Positions 10,430 to 20,478 of a DNA stretch of 64,000 nucleotides are shown one piece after another. The position numbers and the translations under genes were made by a program. The stretch lies in IMG/VR virus record IMGVR_UViG_3300038463_000401; one strand, written 5' to 3'. The stretch's first letter is position 1. Each line of letters opens with the position of its first letter. This DNA is from a virus. Under the pieces are notes generated by a model. It ran no database searches. It saw only the letters and a program-made list of their open reading frames with translations, and was not told the DNA's origin.

Positions 10430-10989
10430 CAGTTTACGCAAAAATGCGCGTCGACGGGCTTATCCTCAACCCGGTGCCTGCGTCCAGCGCGGGCGACGGG
10501 GAGATGTATAACGACCAGGACAGCACCCAGATATCCGTCAAAGGATCTGGCAGTGACACAACGCCGATTGGTCCCTCAGGAAGTAGCAGCAGCCCGCTCA
10601 TCAAGGTGATGGAGAATCTCTCTGGCGGCGATATCCCTGCGGGCTCTGACGTCTGCAAGCGACCCGACGGCTCAATCGCCATGGCGAGCAGTGACACCCC
10701 GGGCTTCGAGAACGTGATCGGGATCGCGAACGTCGACATCCCAAATGCGGCCACCGGCGCGGTCGGCCTGCTCGGCCCGAATTTCCCCGCAGTGCTTACT
10801 GGCCTAGGCTTCACTCCCGGGGACATCGTTTACATGGCGGAAAGCTCTGGCCAGTACACGAATGACCTGACCACTTTTACAAACAGCGACAGAATCGTTC
10901 AGGTCGGGATCGCGGATTGTGCAGCGGGCACAGCGAGCACTACAGTAACAGATCTACTCGGCGTCCTCGTTTCGGAGGTCGTCCCTTAA
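10426..10989 (+). CDS. Structural protein, paralog of the C-terminal domain of the 1318-aa protein
   Basis: VLTGLGFTPGDIVYMAESSGQYTN...IVQVGIADC aligns with VLTGLGFSPGDTVYISETGTYTN...IARIGWADC. Confidence 0.7.
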   Translation: MTVYAKMRVDGLILNPVPASSAGDGEMYNDQDSTQISVKGSGSDTTPIGPSGSSSSPLIKVMENLSGGDIPAGSDVCKRPDGSIAMASSDTPGFENVIGIANVDIPNAATGAVGLLGPNFPAVLTGLGFTPGDIVYMAESSGQYTNDLTTFTNSDRIVQVGIADCAAGTASTTVTDLLGVLVSEVVP

Positions 10990-10998
10990 GGAGAACAC

Positions 10999-11184
10999 AT
11001 GGCTAAGAAGAAAAAGAAGGCGGTCAAGGCGAGAGAGCCTAAAGAGGCAGTAGAGTTCCGTCGCAATATCATGCTGAAGCAGCGAGTTCAAGAGTTTACC
11101 GACGCGCTGCAAAAAGAGATCACCCAGTACGGCATCAAGGGGAAGGATCTAACGGTTACGGTGCATCTTCAAATTAAAACATAG
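10999..11184 (+). CDS. Small basic hypothetical protein
   Basis: AAGGAG RBS upstream; fills the gap between structural genes. Confidence 0.65.
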   Translation: MAKKKKKAVKAREPKEAVEFRRNIMLKQRVQEFTDALQKEITQYGIKGKDLTVTVHLQIKT

Positions 11185-11193
11185 GGGCCCTAA

Positions 11194-12348
11194 ATGTCCG
11201 CAGCGAACATCCAATACTTCACATTCGTAAACGGCGTTGGTCGCGAGCTTCAAAACTCGAAGAACCAAGAGCCGATCTTCTTGACCGTCTCGGTGTCTTC
11301 TGATGGCACCGATCAAGGCACGAAGATTACGTGCGTGAGCGGGAAGTTCGACTTCAACGGCAAAGTGCTGTCGAACGCTGCTGCGGGCACTGGCACGGGC
11401 CAAGTCCTAATCTGGGACCAGATCGGCGCGAATAGCGGCGTCGCGGGCCTAGACTCGGGCGGCAAGATCCCGCTGGGTCAGCTGCCTGCTTCCTTGATGG
11501 AATACAAAGGCACGTGGAACGCCACGACTAATAGCCCCAGCCTCGCTGATGGAACTGGCGTGTCGGGCTACTTCTACCGCGTCCAGACCGCGGGCACACA
11601 AAACCTTGGCTCAGGCAGTCAGACCTTCATCGTCGGCGACTGGGTCATGTATAACGGCGCGGTCTGGCAGCTGGCGCACGCCGGCGCGGATGCGGTCGTC
11701 TCGGTCAACGGCCAATCAGGCGTCGTCAGCCTGACCACGGACAACGTTCCTGAAGGCTCGACGAACCTCTATTACACGGCGGCTAGGTTCAACACTGCCT
11801 TCAGTGGCAAGTCGACGACTGACCTAGCTGAAGGAGCGAACCTCTACTTCACCGGCGCGCGCGCTGTAACCGCGGTTGTCGTCTCGACGGTGACTAGCGG
11901 GGACACGACCCATGCGCCGTCCGGCGATGCAGTGTTCAACGCCATTGCCGCGGCAACTCCGACGCCTGCGGTCAGCTTGACTAACAACCAGGGTTCGACC
12001 GTGACTGTGCGTCAGTGCGCGTTCATGGATGCCTTCGGCTCAGCCAAGTTGCTAGGTGCAGGCGTCGCGGGCGTCACCCCGGACACCCTCTTCCTCCTGG
12101 TGAAGGACGCGAGCATCGCCAACACGGTAGCAGGTAACTATTACCTTCCTGGCCAAGTCGTTTCTGGCTTCAGCGGCGGTTCGTTCACGGTTGGTCTGCC
12201 GGTCTATGCGTCGAAAGCCACGCCCGGCAGCTTCCAGCAAGACCAGACAGGCATGGGCACTGGGGACAACGTGATCAGCCTCGGCGTCGCGACCTCCGCT
12301 ACGGCCCTCTTGTTCAACCCGCAGTTCCTCTACCAGATCGGCAGCTGA
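11194..12348 (+). CDS. Fibre/decoration-like structural protein
   Basis: YKGTWNATTNSPSL...GDWVMYNG.VWQ and TTDxxxEGxxNLYxT repeats, which are common in phage virion fibre proteins. Confidence 0.7.
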   Translation: MSAANIQYFTFVNGVGRELQNSKNQEPIFLTVSVSSDGTDQGTKITCVSGKFDFNGKVLSNAAAGTGTGQVLIWDQIGANSGVAGLDSGGKIPLGQLPASLMEYKGTWNATTNSPSLADGTGVSGYFYRVQTAGTQNLGSGSQTFIVGDWVMYNGAVWQLAHAGADAVVSVNGQSGVVSLTTDNVPEGSTNLYYTAARFNTAFSGKSTTDLAEGANLYFTGARAVTAVVVSTVTSGDTTHAPSGDAVFNAIAAATPTPAVSLTNNQGSTVTVRQCAFMDAFGSAKLLGAGVAGVTPDTLFLLVKDASIANTVAGNYYLPGQVVSGFSGGSFTVGLPVYASKATPGSFQQDQTGMGTGDNVISLGVATSATALLFNPQFLYQIGS

Positions 12349-12356
12349 TGCTACTG

Positions 12357-12394
12357 CCGGGGCGCCTGCATATAGCAGCGCCCCGGTTTATTCT
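12357..12394 (+). terminator. Putative Rho-independent terminator
   Basis: CCGGGGCG(C)CTGC-atata-GCAGCGCCCCGG stem with a 1-nt bulge, followed by TTTATTCT. Confidence 0.7.
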
Positions 12395-12408
12395 AACTGG
12401 AACACAGA

Positions 12409-12678
12409 ATGACGGCACGCTACACACAGCTCTACGGCGCGGATGGCACCAAAAAAGGCGTACCTTATCCTGGGTTTAAGGATCAGACGTTTACTGGCGG
12501 CGGGGCAACGTTCACCCTTACGGAAACCTTCGATGCAGACAACTGGTTCGACGTGTGGGTAGACGGCATCTTTCAGGACCCGAGTGCGTGGTCAGTTACC
12601 GTTGGCGCGAATACAATAACCCTGGCAAGTTCCGTAGCATCCGGGAGAGCGGTTCGGGTTAGAATCTATCTGCACTGA
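12409..12678 (+). CDS. Small structural protein (single beta domain)
   Basis: FTLTETFD...FDVWVDGIFQ resembles the C-terminus of the next gene (FTLAETMT...VQVFVDGRVQ). Confidence 0.7.
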   Translation: MTARYTQLYGADGTKKGVPYPGFKDQTFTGGGATFTLTETFDADNWFDVWVDGIFQDPSAWSVTVGANTITLASSVASGRAVRVRIYLH

Positions 12679-12685
12679 GGGGCCT

Positions 12686-14650
12686 ATGAAGAAGTTTCTA
12701 CTCTTACTTTTAGCTATGCTGGTCTGCCCGCGCGCAGATGCCGGCCTTACGATGCCCTATACCGACGAGGTGCAGAACGCCGCGGCCGACGCCAACACGG
12801 GCACCACTGCGGGCGAGCTTTTGTCGAATGACTTGACGGCCATCGGCCAGCACCTCAACGTTCCCCTAAAGCTGTATTCAACCGGCACTGACTCAAAACT
12901 CCATGTCGGTGCTAGCATCGTTTCCGCTGGTGACGGCGCGGGCAAAGTCAGGCCGCCTCTTAGCGGTGCGCTGAATACTGCTTGGACTGATACCACCATC
13001 GATTTTCAATCGGGTGCGGTCAGCGGCGGTACAATACATACAAACGGCAGTACGTTCGCCTTACCCACTATTACCACTGGCCATTACATCACTATGGCTT
13101 TGGGCTGGCGCAGCGATGGTACAGTTGACACAAACTTTTCGCCGGATACGTCGACCCTCGGTGCACAGCAGGATGTCGGTCTGACGTTTCTGCCTCTCGC
13201 AGGCGAGCAGAAGCTTGGATACGTCCTGCTTCAGGCCACTGGCGCTGCGGCATACAAGACAGCTGGATCCGCCACCGCAATCATCCAGATGGCTGTAAGC
13301 GGCTCTCCTACGATTATTAGATTGCTTGACGCGGAGGCGTCGCCACTGACTACTGCGGGCGACCTCTACTACTTCTCAACTAAAGACGACCGGCTTGCGC
13401 TCGGCGCCACCGGTACCGTGCTTCACGGAGGCAGCAGCGCCCCGTCGTACAGCCAGGTCGTGAATGCCGACGTCGCTACTGGCGCGGCGCTCGCTTGGTC
13501 GAAGCTCGCCACCGGCACAGCGAATCAGTTGGCCTATACCAACGGCTCCGGTGTCCTAACGACATCGTCGAACATGGCCTATAACGGCTCTCAAGTCACA
13601 CTCGACCTGACCGACAGCTATGGCGGGTTCAAGGTCAAGGGAGCGAGCGGTGGCGAAGCATCGTTCAGCTTGCAGCCGGATAACGTCAGCGACGGCGCCA
13701 CCGGCCAGTGGATCTTCTACACCAACGGCTCAGGGCTCAATAGTCCCAACGACTTTGCCATGTATGACAGCCAGCTCAGTGCTCCAGCGCTGATACTGCA
13801 GTCCTCAACTGCCAACGTCGGTATCGGCACGAACAACCCGCTGTCCAAGCTCTCTGTGGGCGTGGGCAGCGTCGACGGTCTTCGGGTCACGTCCTCTGGA
13901 TCGGGCTATGCCCGCATTTATGGCCCTGGCACAGGCAGCTATAGGAACTATGGCTGGGCAGCAAACTATACATCTGCCGGACTCTTTGAGCTGCAGCAGT
14001 CGACGACCGCCGCCGGTGACCCAACCCTAACCATCATGGGAACGGATGGAACGCACTTCGGCTTTGGCGGTGGTGCTAGTGGGCTTAATAGCACTCTTAA
14101 CGTAGACGGCAACGTCAGCGTAGGGAACGCCTACTACGGAACTGCGGCACCGGTCCATGGGATGATTATCCAGGGATATTTGGGACTTGGTACAACAAGC
14201 CCCAATACGTCGCTCCATGTTAATGGCGGGACGACTATGCAGGGCCTTAGTTCCCCGTCGCTACCTACCGGTAGCGCGGGCAACGGCGTCCTTTACTTCG
14301 ATACTGTAGCGGAGAAGTTCCTCTATTCGGAAAATAATGGAACATTCATCTACTGGGACACCCCGGCTGCCGCCTACACACTGACCAACCACACGATCAG
14401 CGGCACTGCCAATACGCTGCAGAACCTTGCGACTGAAGATGATTTTACCGGTGATGGGACGACAACCAACTTCACCCTAGCCGAGACCATGACGGCTACC
14501 CGCTTCGTCCAGGTCTTTGTCGACGGCCGAGTCCAACGCGAAGGCGGCAGCTACTCATGGACTCGCACCAATGCAACACCTGGCCATATCGTCTTTAATG
14601 TGGCCCCGGACAGCGGGTCTTGGGTCGACGTAACGATCGTGAATCAGTAA
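12686..14650 (+). CDS. Fibre-like protein with N-terminal signal peptide
   Basis: MKKFLLLLLAMLVCPRADA signal-like leader; VGIGTNNP and LGLGTTSP beta-fibre repeats. Confidence 0.75.
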   Translation: MKKFLLLLLAMLVCPRADAGLTMPYTDEVQNAAADANTGTTAGELLSNDLTAIGQHLNVPLKLYSTGTDSKLHVGASIVSAGDGAGKVRPPLSGALNTAWTDTTIDFQSGAVSGGTIHTNGSTFALPTITTGHYITMALGWRSDGTVDTNFSPDTSTLGAQQDVGLTFLPLAGEQKLGYVLLQATGAAAYKTAGSATAIIQMAVSGSPTIIRLLDAEASPLTTAGDLYYFSTKDDRLALGATGTVLHGGSSAPSYSQVVNADVATGAALAWSKLATGTANQLAYTNGSGVLTTSSNMAYNGSQVTLDLTDSYGGFKVKGASGGEASFSLQPDNVSDGATGQWIFYTNGSGLNSPNDFAMYDSQLSAPALILQSSTANVGIGTNNPLSKLSVGVGSVDGLRVTSSGSGYARIYGPGTGSYRNYGWAANYTSAGLFELQQSTTAAGDPTLTIMGTDGTHFGFGGGASGLNSTLNVDGNVSVGNAYYGTAAPVHGMIIQGYLGLGTTSPNTSLHVNGGTTMQGLSSPSLPTGSAGNGVLYFDTVAEKFLYSENNGTFIYWDTPAAAYTLTNHTISGTANTLQNLATEDDFTGDGTTTNFTLAETMTATRFVQVFVDGRVQREGGSYSWTRTNATPGHIVFNVAPDSGSWVDVTIVNQ

Positions 14651-14672
14651 GATAGCAGCACGAGGGGAAACC

Positions 14673-15836
14673 GTGATGAAACCATTCTTGATAGCTCTGC
14701 TAACAGCCCTGTTCGCTTCGCAAGCGCAGGCGCAAAGCTTGCAGAAGGGCCATACTACCGAGCTCCTGCACGAAAGCGCGGAAGCCCCTATCGGCGTTAT
14801 CGTCGGCACGCAGCTGAACAACGTCATCCATGACATTGGGTTGACAGTTGACCAGCCTGGGAGGCTATCTCAGACCTGGCCGACGGCCGACGCAGTGCTG
14901 CATATCCGCGCGCCGCAAACCACCGCCGGGGATACCTCGGCGCGCTCTGTCGCGGCAACTAACAACTTGGTGCCTTTGTCCACGACCGACACGACGATTA
15001 ACTTCCTGACAGGCGGCACCACCGGCGCCACGGTCTATACCAACGGCGGCACGTTCACGCTGCCCACCTCGACGATTGGCAACTACGTTCGTATGGTCGC
15101 GGTGCTTCAGAAAGACGGCACGATCAATACGAACTTCTCAACGCAGCAAACCACCGTGGCCGCGCTGACCAACCCCGGCACGCTGCTCGGCTCACTATCG
15201 GGTGATCCGCTTGGCTGGCTAGATCTGCAGGCCGTGACCACGACCACCTACAAGTCCGCTGGCGCAGGAACATCGGTGATCCAGAACTCGGTCAGCGGCA
15301 CGCCGACGGTCACGAGTTTCGGCTCAGGCGGCGGTGGCGGCAGCGGCGCCGGGTCAAGCTTCATCCTCTGGCACCCGGTTGACGGCAATGCTCCGATCTA
15401 TGCGGAAGAGTTCAGCGAGTTCACCTATCAGTTCCCGGCGGGCGGGGGGCAGCAGCTGCGGGGAACGCTGCAGATTCCTGGTACGTACATCGCGGGGAAT
15501 CCCGTAAAGCTGTACTTGTCCCAATATTCTCCTAGCGTTACAGGAACGAGCCTCCTGACGTGCACATCGTACCTCATCCAAAAGTCCGCTGCGACAGCAG
15601 TCAGCTCGACCACTAACAGCAGGACCTCGACAAACACCGCGATCAACCTCGCGACGCTGGCGGTGGCTAACGGCTACTACCAAGTTACCTGCGATGTGAC
15701 GGACACAACGGGGCACATCAATTCGGTGGCAGTGAGCCCAGGAGATATCTTAGCGGTCTATGTTACTCGCGGGACGGATACAGATACCGCGGACCTACGG
15801 TTTTTGCCGTCGGCGGTTGGCATATCCCTTCAATAA
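14673..15836 (+). CDS. Fibre-like protein with N-terminal signal peptide, paralogous N-domain
   Basis: MMKPFLIALLTALFASQAQA leader; about 160 aa align with the N-domain of the previous gene (DTTIxF..G...G.T..TNG.TF.LPT...G.Y). Confidence 0.75.
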   Translation: MMKPFLIALLTALFASQAQAQSLQKGHTTELLHESAEAPIGVIVGTQLNNVIHDIGLTVDQPGRLSQTWPTADAVLHIRAPQTTAGDTSARSVAATNNLVPLSTTDTTINFLTGGTTGATVYTNGGTFTLPTSTIGNYVRMVAVLQKDGTINTNFSTQQTTVAALTNPGTLLGSLSGDPLGWLDLQAVTTTTYKSAGAGTSVIQNSVSGTPTVTSFGSGGGGGSGAGSSFILWHPVDGNAPIYAEEFSEFTYQFPAGGGQQLRGTLQIPGTYIAGNPVKLYLSQYSPSVTGTSLLTCTSYLIQKSAATAVSSTTNSRTSTNTAINLATLAVANGYYQVTCDVTDTTGHINSVAVSPGDILAVYVTRGTDTDTADLRFLPSAVGISLQ

Positions 15837-15846
15837 CGGTTAACTA

Positions 15847-16656
15847 GTGCAAAACATCATTTACAGCATAAAAGACGAAACGGGGCGAGTTCGCTACATT
15901 GGGCAAACATCCTTGGGGCCATCTCGTTTTAAACGCCACATCTCTGTGGCAAAAAAGGTTAGGGGCCGCGCTCCCGCAGTTATCTGGTGGATCAGAAAGC
16001 AGCTAGATCTTGGACTTTGCCCTGTCTTTAGCATACTCTACACTGTTAGTGATTCTGAGCAGCTGAATGACCTAGAGATGATTGCCATTGCTAATTATAG
16101 GGCTACAGGGACTGATCTATTAAACCACACTGACGGCGGTGGCGGAATGCGCGGCTTTCGGCTTTCTAAAGAGCACGTCGAGAAGATGGCCCAATCAAGG
16201 CGGGGTAAACCTAGTTGGGCCAAAGGTATACCAAAACCTCCAGAGGTGAGAGAGAAAATACGCAAGTCCCTATTAGGTAGGAAGATGCCGGAGGAACAAC
16301 GACAAAAACTTGCCGTAGCTATGACCGGTACCTCTCGTGGTGTAGGAAGGAAGCATAGCCGGGAGCATTGCGAAAAATTAAGAAGGGCTGCTCTTGGCAA
16401 GAAACGTGGCCCAATGAGCGAGCAGGGTAGAAAAAATATAAGTGCGGCGAAAAAAGGCAAGCGCCTGGGCTACAAGCATAGCGAAGGGTCTAAGCGTAAG
16501 ATGAGCGAGAGTCGGCGCGGCATACCCTGTGCCCTTCGCGGCAGAATCTTGCCCGAAGAGACCAAAAGAAAGATGAGCGAGGCTCGCTATAGATGGTGGG
16601 AGCGCGCTAGGATGTCAACGACTACTGACGAGGCAGCCAATGAATCAGCTAATTAA
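15847..16656 (+). mobile_element. Free-standing GIY-YIG homing endonuclease with NUMOD3 repeats
   Basis: IIYSI...RYIGQT...R...H and NHTDGG motifs; repeated HS.E...KMSE.R.G units; overlaps the next gene by 17 nt. Confidence 0.88.
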
Positions 16657-19213
16657 ACTTCTCGCGTTCATTCTAGCATTCGGCAGCAACATTGCTCTTG
16701 CGCAGTTCACGCAGGTCCAACGCCAAGAGTTTGGTCCCCAAAACCTACTTGCGCCGTACAACCCAGGTTTTGAAAACGGCAAGGCTAGGTGGACGAACAC
16801 CGGCGCAACATTCACGACGACCACGACGTCGTCGAATGTCGGCTTTGGCACGACCAGCGCTGTCTGGACACCGTCTTCGACAGGGCAAACGCTGGATAGT
16901 ACCGCGGTGACGTTGCCTGCGGGCATGCTGGGGGCGAACTGCCTTGCCTCTCTATGGTACAAAGGCGGGGACGCCAACACGACCTTCGAGGTCTATGACG
17001 TCACCTCCAGCGGCATCGTCGCTGGCGCGTCGCAAGTCCTGGCCGCCCAGACCAACTATGCCCCCGTCCTGATCCCGTTTATCTGCCCAGGCACGCAAGA
17101 TTCGATCAAGCTGCGCCTGACGTCGACCGCGAGCGGGGCTGCTGTCTATCTCGACCAAGCCTTCCTCGGCACGCCCATGGCGAACAGCGTCGTCCAGGCG
17201 AGCCCTGTGGTTTATAGCCAGGGTAAGACGGCGATCGTCGCGGTCGGTTCGACCGGCAACAACCAAGCCGGCCACATCCTGACGGCGACGGAGTGGCCGT
17301 TCACGACGGCAGGGAAACTGGCCTACTACAACTTCTCGTCATCGACGACGACCGATAACTCGGGGGCGCTGTCGTGCTCTAGCGGAACAGTGGCTTGTAC
17401 GCTGACCGCGACTGGTCCGCCGACGATTGGCAGCGCCAACATTTTCAATACGGCTAGCGCAGCGCTGACGCTGAACGGGACGTCGCAGTATGTCAGCAGC
17501 TCAGATTCATTTTTCAACCCAGGTAATGGCAAATCTTTTGATGTCGGCGGTTGGTTTGCAGCTACCAACTGGTCATCTGGGGCCGCCCATTATTTGCTGT
17601 TCCAAGGGAACACTAGTGACGTCGCTTTCGGTATTTATCTAAATACAGACAATTCCATCAATTTTGCCGCCACCAATACAGCTGCTTCGTTTGATACGAC
17701 CATCAGTATCGCTGCTCCTGGTTTTTCGGCTAACAGTTTTCACCACTTTGCTATGGTCTATAATTATACGACCACAACTCTTTATGCCTACATTGATGGA
17801 AAGATGGTTGGTAGCGCAATTCAAAGCAATGTGCGCGCGGCATCAAGCGCTAATTTCAAGATAGGTGCGCAAAATTCTCAGTATTATTTTGCGGGTGCTA
17901 TTGAAGATGTTTTCTTCATAAATAATACCGTCATGACGTCCGACGATATCCGCAAGACGATGGCGTTGTCGATCGCCCACAACAAGAACCTCCCAGCAGC
18001 CAGCCAGCTCTGGTCCGGCAACTGGTATCGAAGTGATGCGAACATCGCTAACCAGCTCACGTCGTCTTGGATCGTGTCAAAGACGCCGAACACGCTCTAT
18101 GCCGACTTCTCTGACTTCGCTGCCGGGGCCTTCGTCGACTACTCAATGCAGACCTTCGGCATGACGGCGACGACGGCGCAGTTCACGGGGTATGACTCTG
18201 GGTGGCTATCTTCGACCCCCGGTACGACGATCGCGCACGGCCTCGGCGGGGCGCCGGACACGGTGAAGGTACAATACCAGTCTGGTGCGTTGACAGCCGG
18301 TGCTTATCAAGAGTTGCCTAGTGGCTCATACTGTTCGTATGACAGTACCAACCTCTATTGCGACTGGACGGGGCTGACCGTGAGCGGCTCGGCGCAAGTT
18401 CGCATCTTGGCGTGGCGCGGAAACGCCAATACTGTAGTGCCCGCCGCTAACGCGAGCACGAACGGGCTTGTCAACACGAGCGCGCAGACGTTTGGCGGGA
18501 CGAAGACTCTAAGCGGAGGCGTATTACTCCCCATAGACACGGTGTCATCCGCAAACTATGCCATGACAAACTCTGACGGATACGCTGAGGTTGATGTCAG
18601 CACTGGATCGTCGCAGCGCACCATTACATTGCCGAATCCGTCTCAGAACGTCGGCCGAAAGATCACGATCAAAAAGACTGACAGCGGCGCTGGCACGGTG
18701 CTGATTAATCCATACGCTTCGGAGACGATCGAGGGGGCGTCGAGCAACACGCTTAACGCGCAGAATAGCTTCGTGCGGCTCTACACCGATGGTACCAACT
18801 GGTTTAGTGAGGGATCTTGGGACTTGCTATCTGCCACAGGAGCTGGATCACCATCTAATGGCAATTACGTCAATAGTGCTAGCCTGTCTTTGCCTCCCGG
18901 TGTCTGGTCAGTATCTGGCATGGGTGAGTTCAATCAGGGTGGCACACAGCTCGGCACTCCGGGCATTCTAGCGGTCGGTATTTCTACATCATCGTCATTG
19001 CTAGATTCGACCAGTAGTGGTGGTTTCTTTGCGACATTTGGTGTCAATACCATCATTACTGCATCAAACACCGGACGCTTCCCGGTTAACCCGCGCATCT
19101 TTAGTTTCACGTCGGCAACGACGGTCTATCTTGTTCAGCGTATCGACTACGGTACTTTAAACGGTTTCGCTTTTGGCGCTGCTACCAATATGGCAGCTAT
19201 TCGGTCGAAATAA
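16640..19213 (+). CDS. Signal-peptide fibre/adhesin-like protein with LamG/ConA-like domain
   Basis: MNQLIKLLAFILAFGSNIALA leader; FDVGGWF...FHHFAMVYN...YIDG LamG pattern; ITLP...GRKITIKKTD module near the C-terminus. Confidence 0.75.
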   Translation: MNQLIKLLAFILAFGSNIALAQFTQVQRQEFGPQNLLAPYNPGFENGKARWTNTGATFTTTTTSSNVGFGTTSAVWTPSSTGQTLDSTAVTLPAGMLGANCLASLWYKGGDANTTFEVYDVTSSGIVAGASQVLAAQTNYAPVLIPFICPGTQDSIKLRLTSTASGAAVYLDQAFLGTPMANSVVQASPVVYSQGKTAIVAVGSTGNNQAGHILTATEWPFTTAGKLAYYNFSSSTTTDNSGALSCSSGTVACTLTATGPPTIGSANIFNTASAALTLNGTSQYVSSSDSFFNPGNGKSFDVGGWFAATNWSSGAAHYLLFQGNTSDVAFGIYLNTDNSINFAATNTAASFDTTISIAAPGFSANSFHHFAMVYNYTTTTLYAYIDGKMVGSAIQSNVRAASSANFKIGAQNSQYYFAGAIEDVFFINNTVMTSDDIRKTMALSIAHNKNLPAASQLWSGNWYRSDANIANQLTSSWIVSKTPNTLYADFSDFAAGAFVDYSMQTFGMTATTAQFTGYDSGWLSSTPGTTIAHGLGGAPDTVKVQYQSGALTAGAYQELPSGSYCSYDSTNLYCDWTGLTVSGSAQVRILAWRGNANTVVPAANASTNGLVNTSAQTFGGTKTLSGGVLLPIDTVSSANYAMTNSDGYAEVDVSTGSSQRTITLPNPSQNVGRKITIKKTDSGAGTVLINPYASETIEGASSNTLNAQNSFVRLYTDGTNWFSEGSWDLLSATGAGSPSNGNYVNSASLSLPPGVWSVSGMGEFNQGGTQLGTPGILAVGISTSSSLLDSTSSGGFFATFGVNTIITASNTGRFPVNPRIFSFTSATTVYLVQRIDYGTLNGFAFGAATNMAAIRSK

Positions 19214-19223
19214 GGGAGACACC

Positions 19224-19811
19224 ATGATCCGCATCCTTCTCTCCATCCTCCTCCTGCTCTCCACGACGGCCCGCGCCGACGACGTGCAGGGGATTTTCTA
19301 CAACGCCGTGACTGGACAGGTTTCGGCTAAGACACGAGCAAACGGAGATAAACTTTTAGACCAGACGGCGTTGGCAGCCGACGCGATTTATACGTGCGAC
19401 ATCCTCTCGAATTTTGCATCTGGATGGAGCAGCAGCTCGAATACCTACAACACCAACTCTTCAACAAACAAGTACATAGACACGCTTAGTAGTTATAGTG
19501 GCACTACGTGGACTGCCAAAGTTGCTGGCACCTATCGCGTAACAGCAACCGGATACATCACCAAGACCTCGGGGACGTTCACCACAGGCGATGCTATCGC
19601 TGCCGCCTTTATTAAAAATGGCTCGATTTATGGAACTGGGCAGAATGTCGATGGCTCTGGCGCCGTAGCTACCAACCCGTACACGCTGACAGGATTTATT
19701 CCCATGGCTGTCGGTGACACGTTGATTGTCAGATTGGGCTGGAACGGCACTGGCGGACATACGTTCACTGGCACGGTAACCTATGCCTGCCTCACTGTTT
19801 CACGTCTTTAA
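19224..19811 (+). CDS. Signal-peptide protein with C1q-like/fibre-tip domain
   Basis: GGGAG RBS then ATG 19224 (MIRILLSILLLLSTTARA); WTAKVAGTYRV is C1q-like. Confidence 0.7.
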   Translation: MIRILLSILLLLSTTARADDVQGIFYNAVTGQVSAKTRANGDKLLDQTALAADAIYTCDILSNFASGWSSSSNTYNTNSSTNKYIDTLSSYSGTTWTAKVAGTYRVTATGYITKTSGTFTTGDAIAAAFIKNGSIYGTGQNVDGSGAVATNPYTLTGFIPMAVGDTLIVRLGWNGTGGHTFTGTVTYACLTVSRL

Positions 19812-19906
19812 TTGAGGTGACTATGAACCGCATCCTAATCCTATGCCTGCCTCACTGTTTCACGTCTTTAATTAAGGAGCACCCATGAACCGCATCCTAA
19901 TCCTAT
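19780..19906 (+). repeat. Interleaved direct repeats (34 bp at period 60; 22 bp at period 62) across a gene boundary
   Basis: CCTATGCCTGCCTCACTGTTTCACGTCTTTAATT at 19780 and 19840; ATGAACCGCATCCTAATCCTAT at 19823 and 19885. Confidence 0.9.
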
Positions 19907-20478
19907 TCCTCGCCATCCTCTCCACGTCGGCGCAGGCGACTGGTGTAGATATCCCTGCGGCAAAAAACCTCACGGGGGGAAAGAGCTGCCTCTATAGCGG
20001 ATCAAGCGCCGAGGTCTGTGCCGCAACGGCCGGTACAGCGCCGAGTGGCAACGTCGTCGGGACGTCGGTGACGATTAAAACGTCAAGCGGCGTGAACGTC
20101 ACGTCCGGGACGCAGGCTTATCCGATCTTCGGATCGGCGTCGGTCCCAGCTGGTGTCTGGTTGCCTTGTGTAAATATACAGATTGTCGATACAGGCACCG
20201 CCACGGTCAACGAGTCAGATGCCATTGGGTTCACTACGGATAGCAGCGCGACGACATGGAGTGACCTAGATCTTACGGGCATCACGAATTCGGTTACGCC
20301 AAGCGTCATATTGGGGGGTGCAACGCTGACAGCCACGCAGATTCGGTGGGGCGCCGGTTCGTGTTTTCCACCGATTACAGTAGCGTCGCCGACTACTTAT
20401 TATTTCAAGTCGATCAATCGTGTGACCTCTGGGACGCTGACATATAACGGATTTTTGACATTCACCCGCGTCTACTGA
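19885..20478 (+). CDS. Signal-peptide fibre-tip-like protein
   Basis: AAGGAG RBS; MNRILILFLAILSTSAQA leader; Ser/Thr/Gly-rich beta domain. Confidence 0.7.
   Translation: MNRILILFLAILSTSAQATGVDIPAAKNLTGGKSCLYSGSSAEVCAATAGTAPSGNVVGTSVTIKTSSGVNVTSGTQAYPIFGSASVPAGVWLPCVNIQIVDTGTATVNESDAIGFTTDSSATTWSDLDLTGITNSVTPSVILGGATLTATQIRWGAGSCFPPITVASPTTYYFKSINRVTSGTLTYNGFLTFTRVY

Noticed and set aside
19780-19906. Diversity-generating retroelement TR/VR pair
   Set aside because: The copies are identical with no adenine-specific mismatches, and no reverse transcriptase is in the window.
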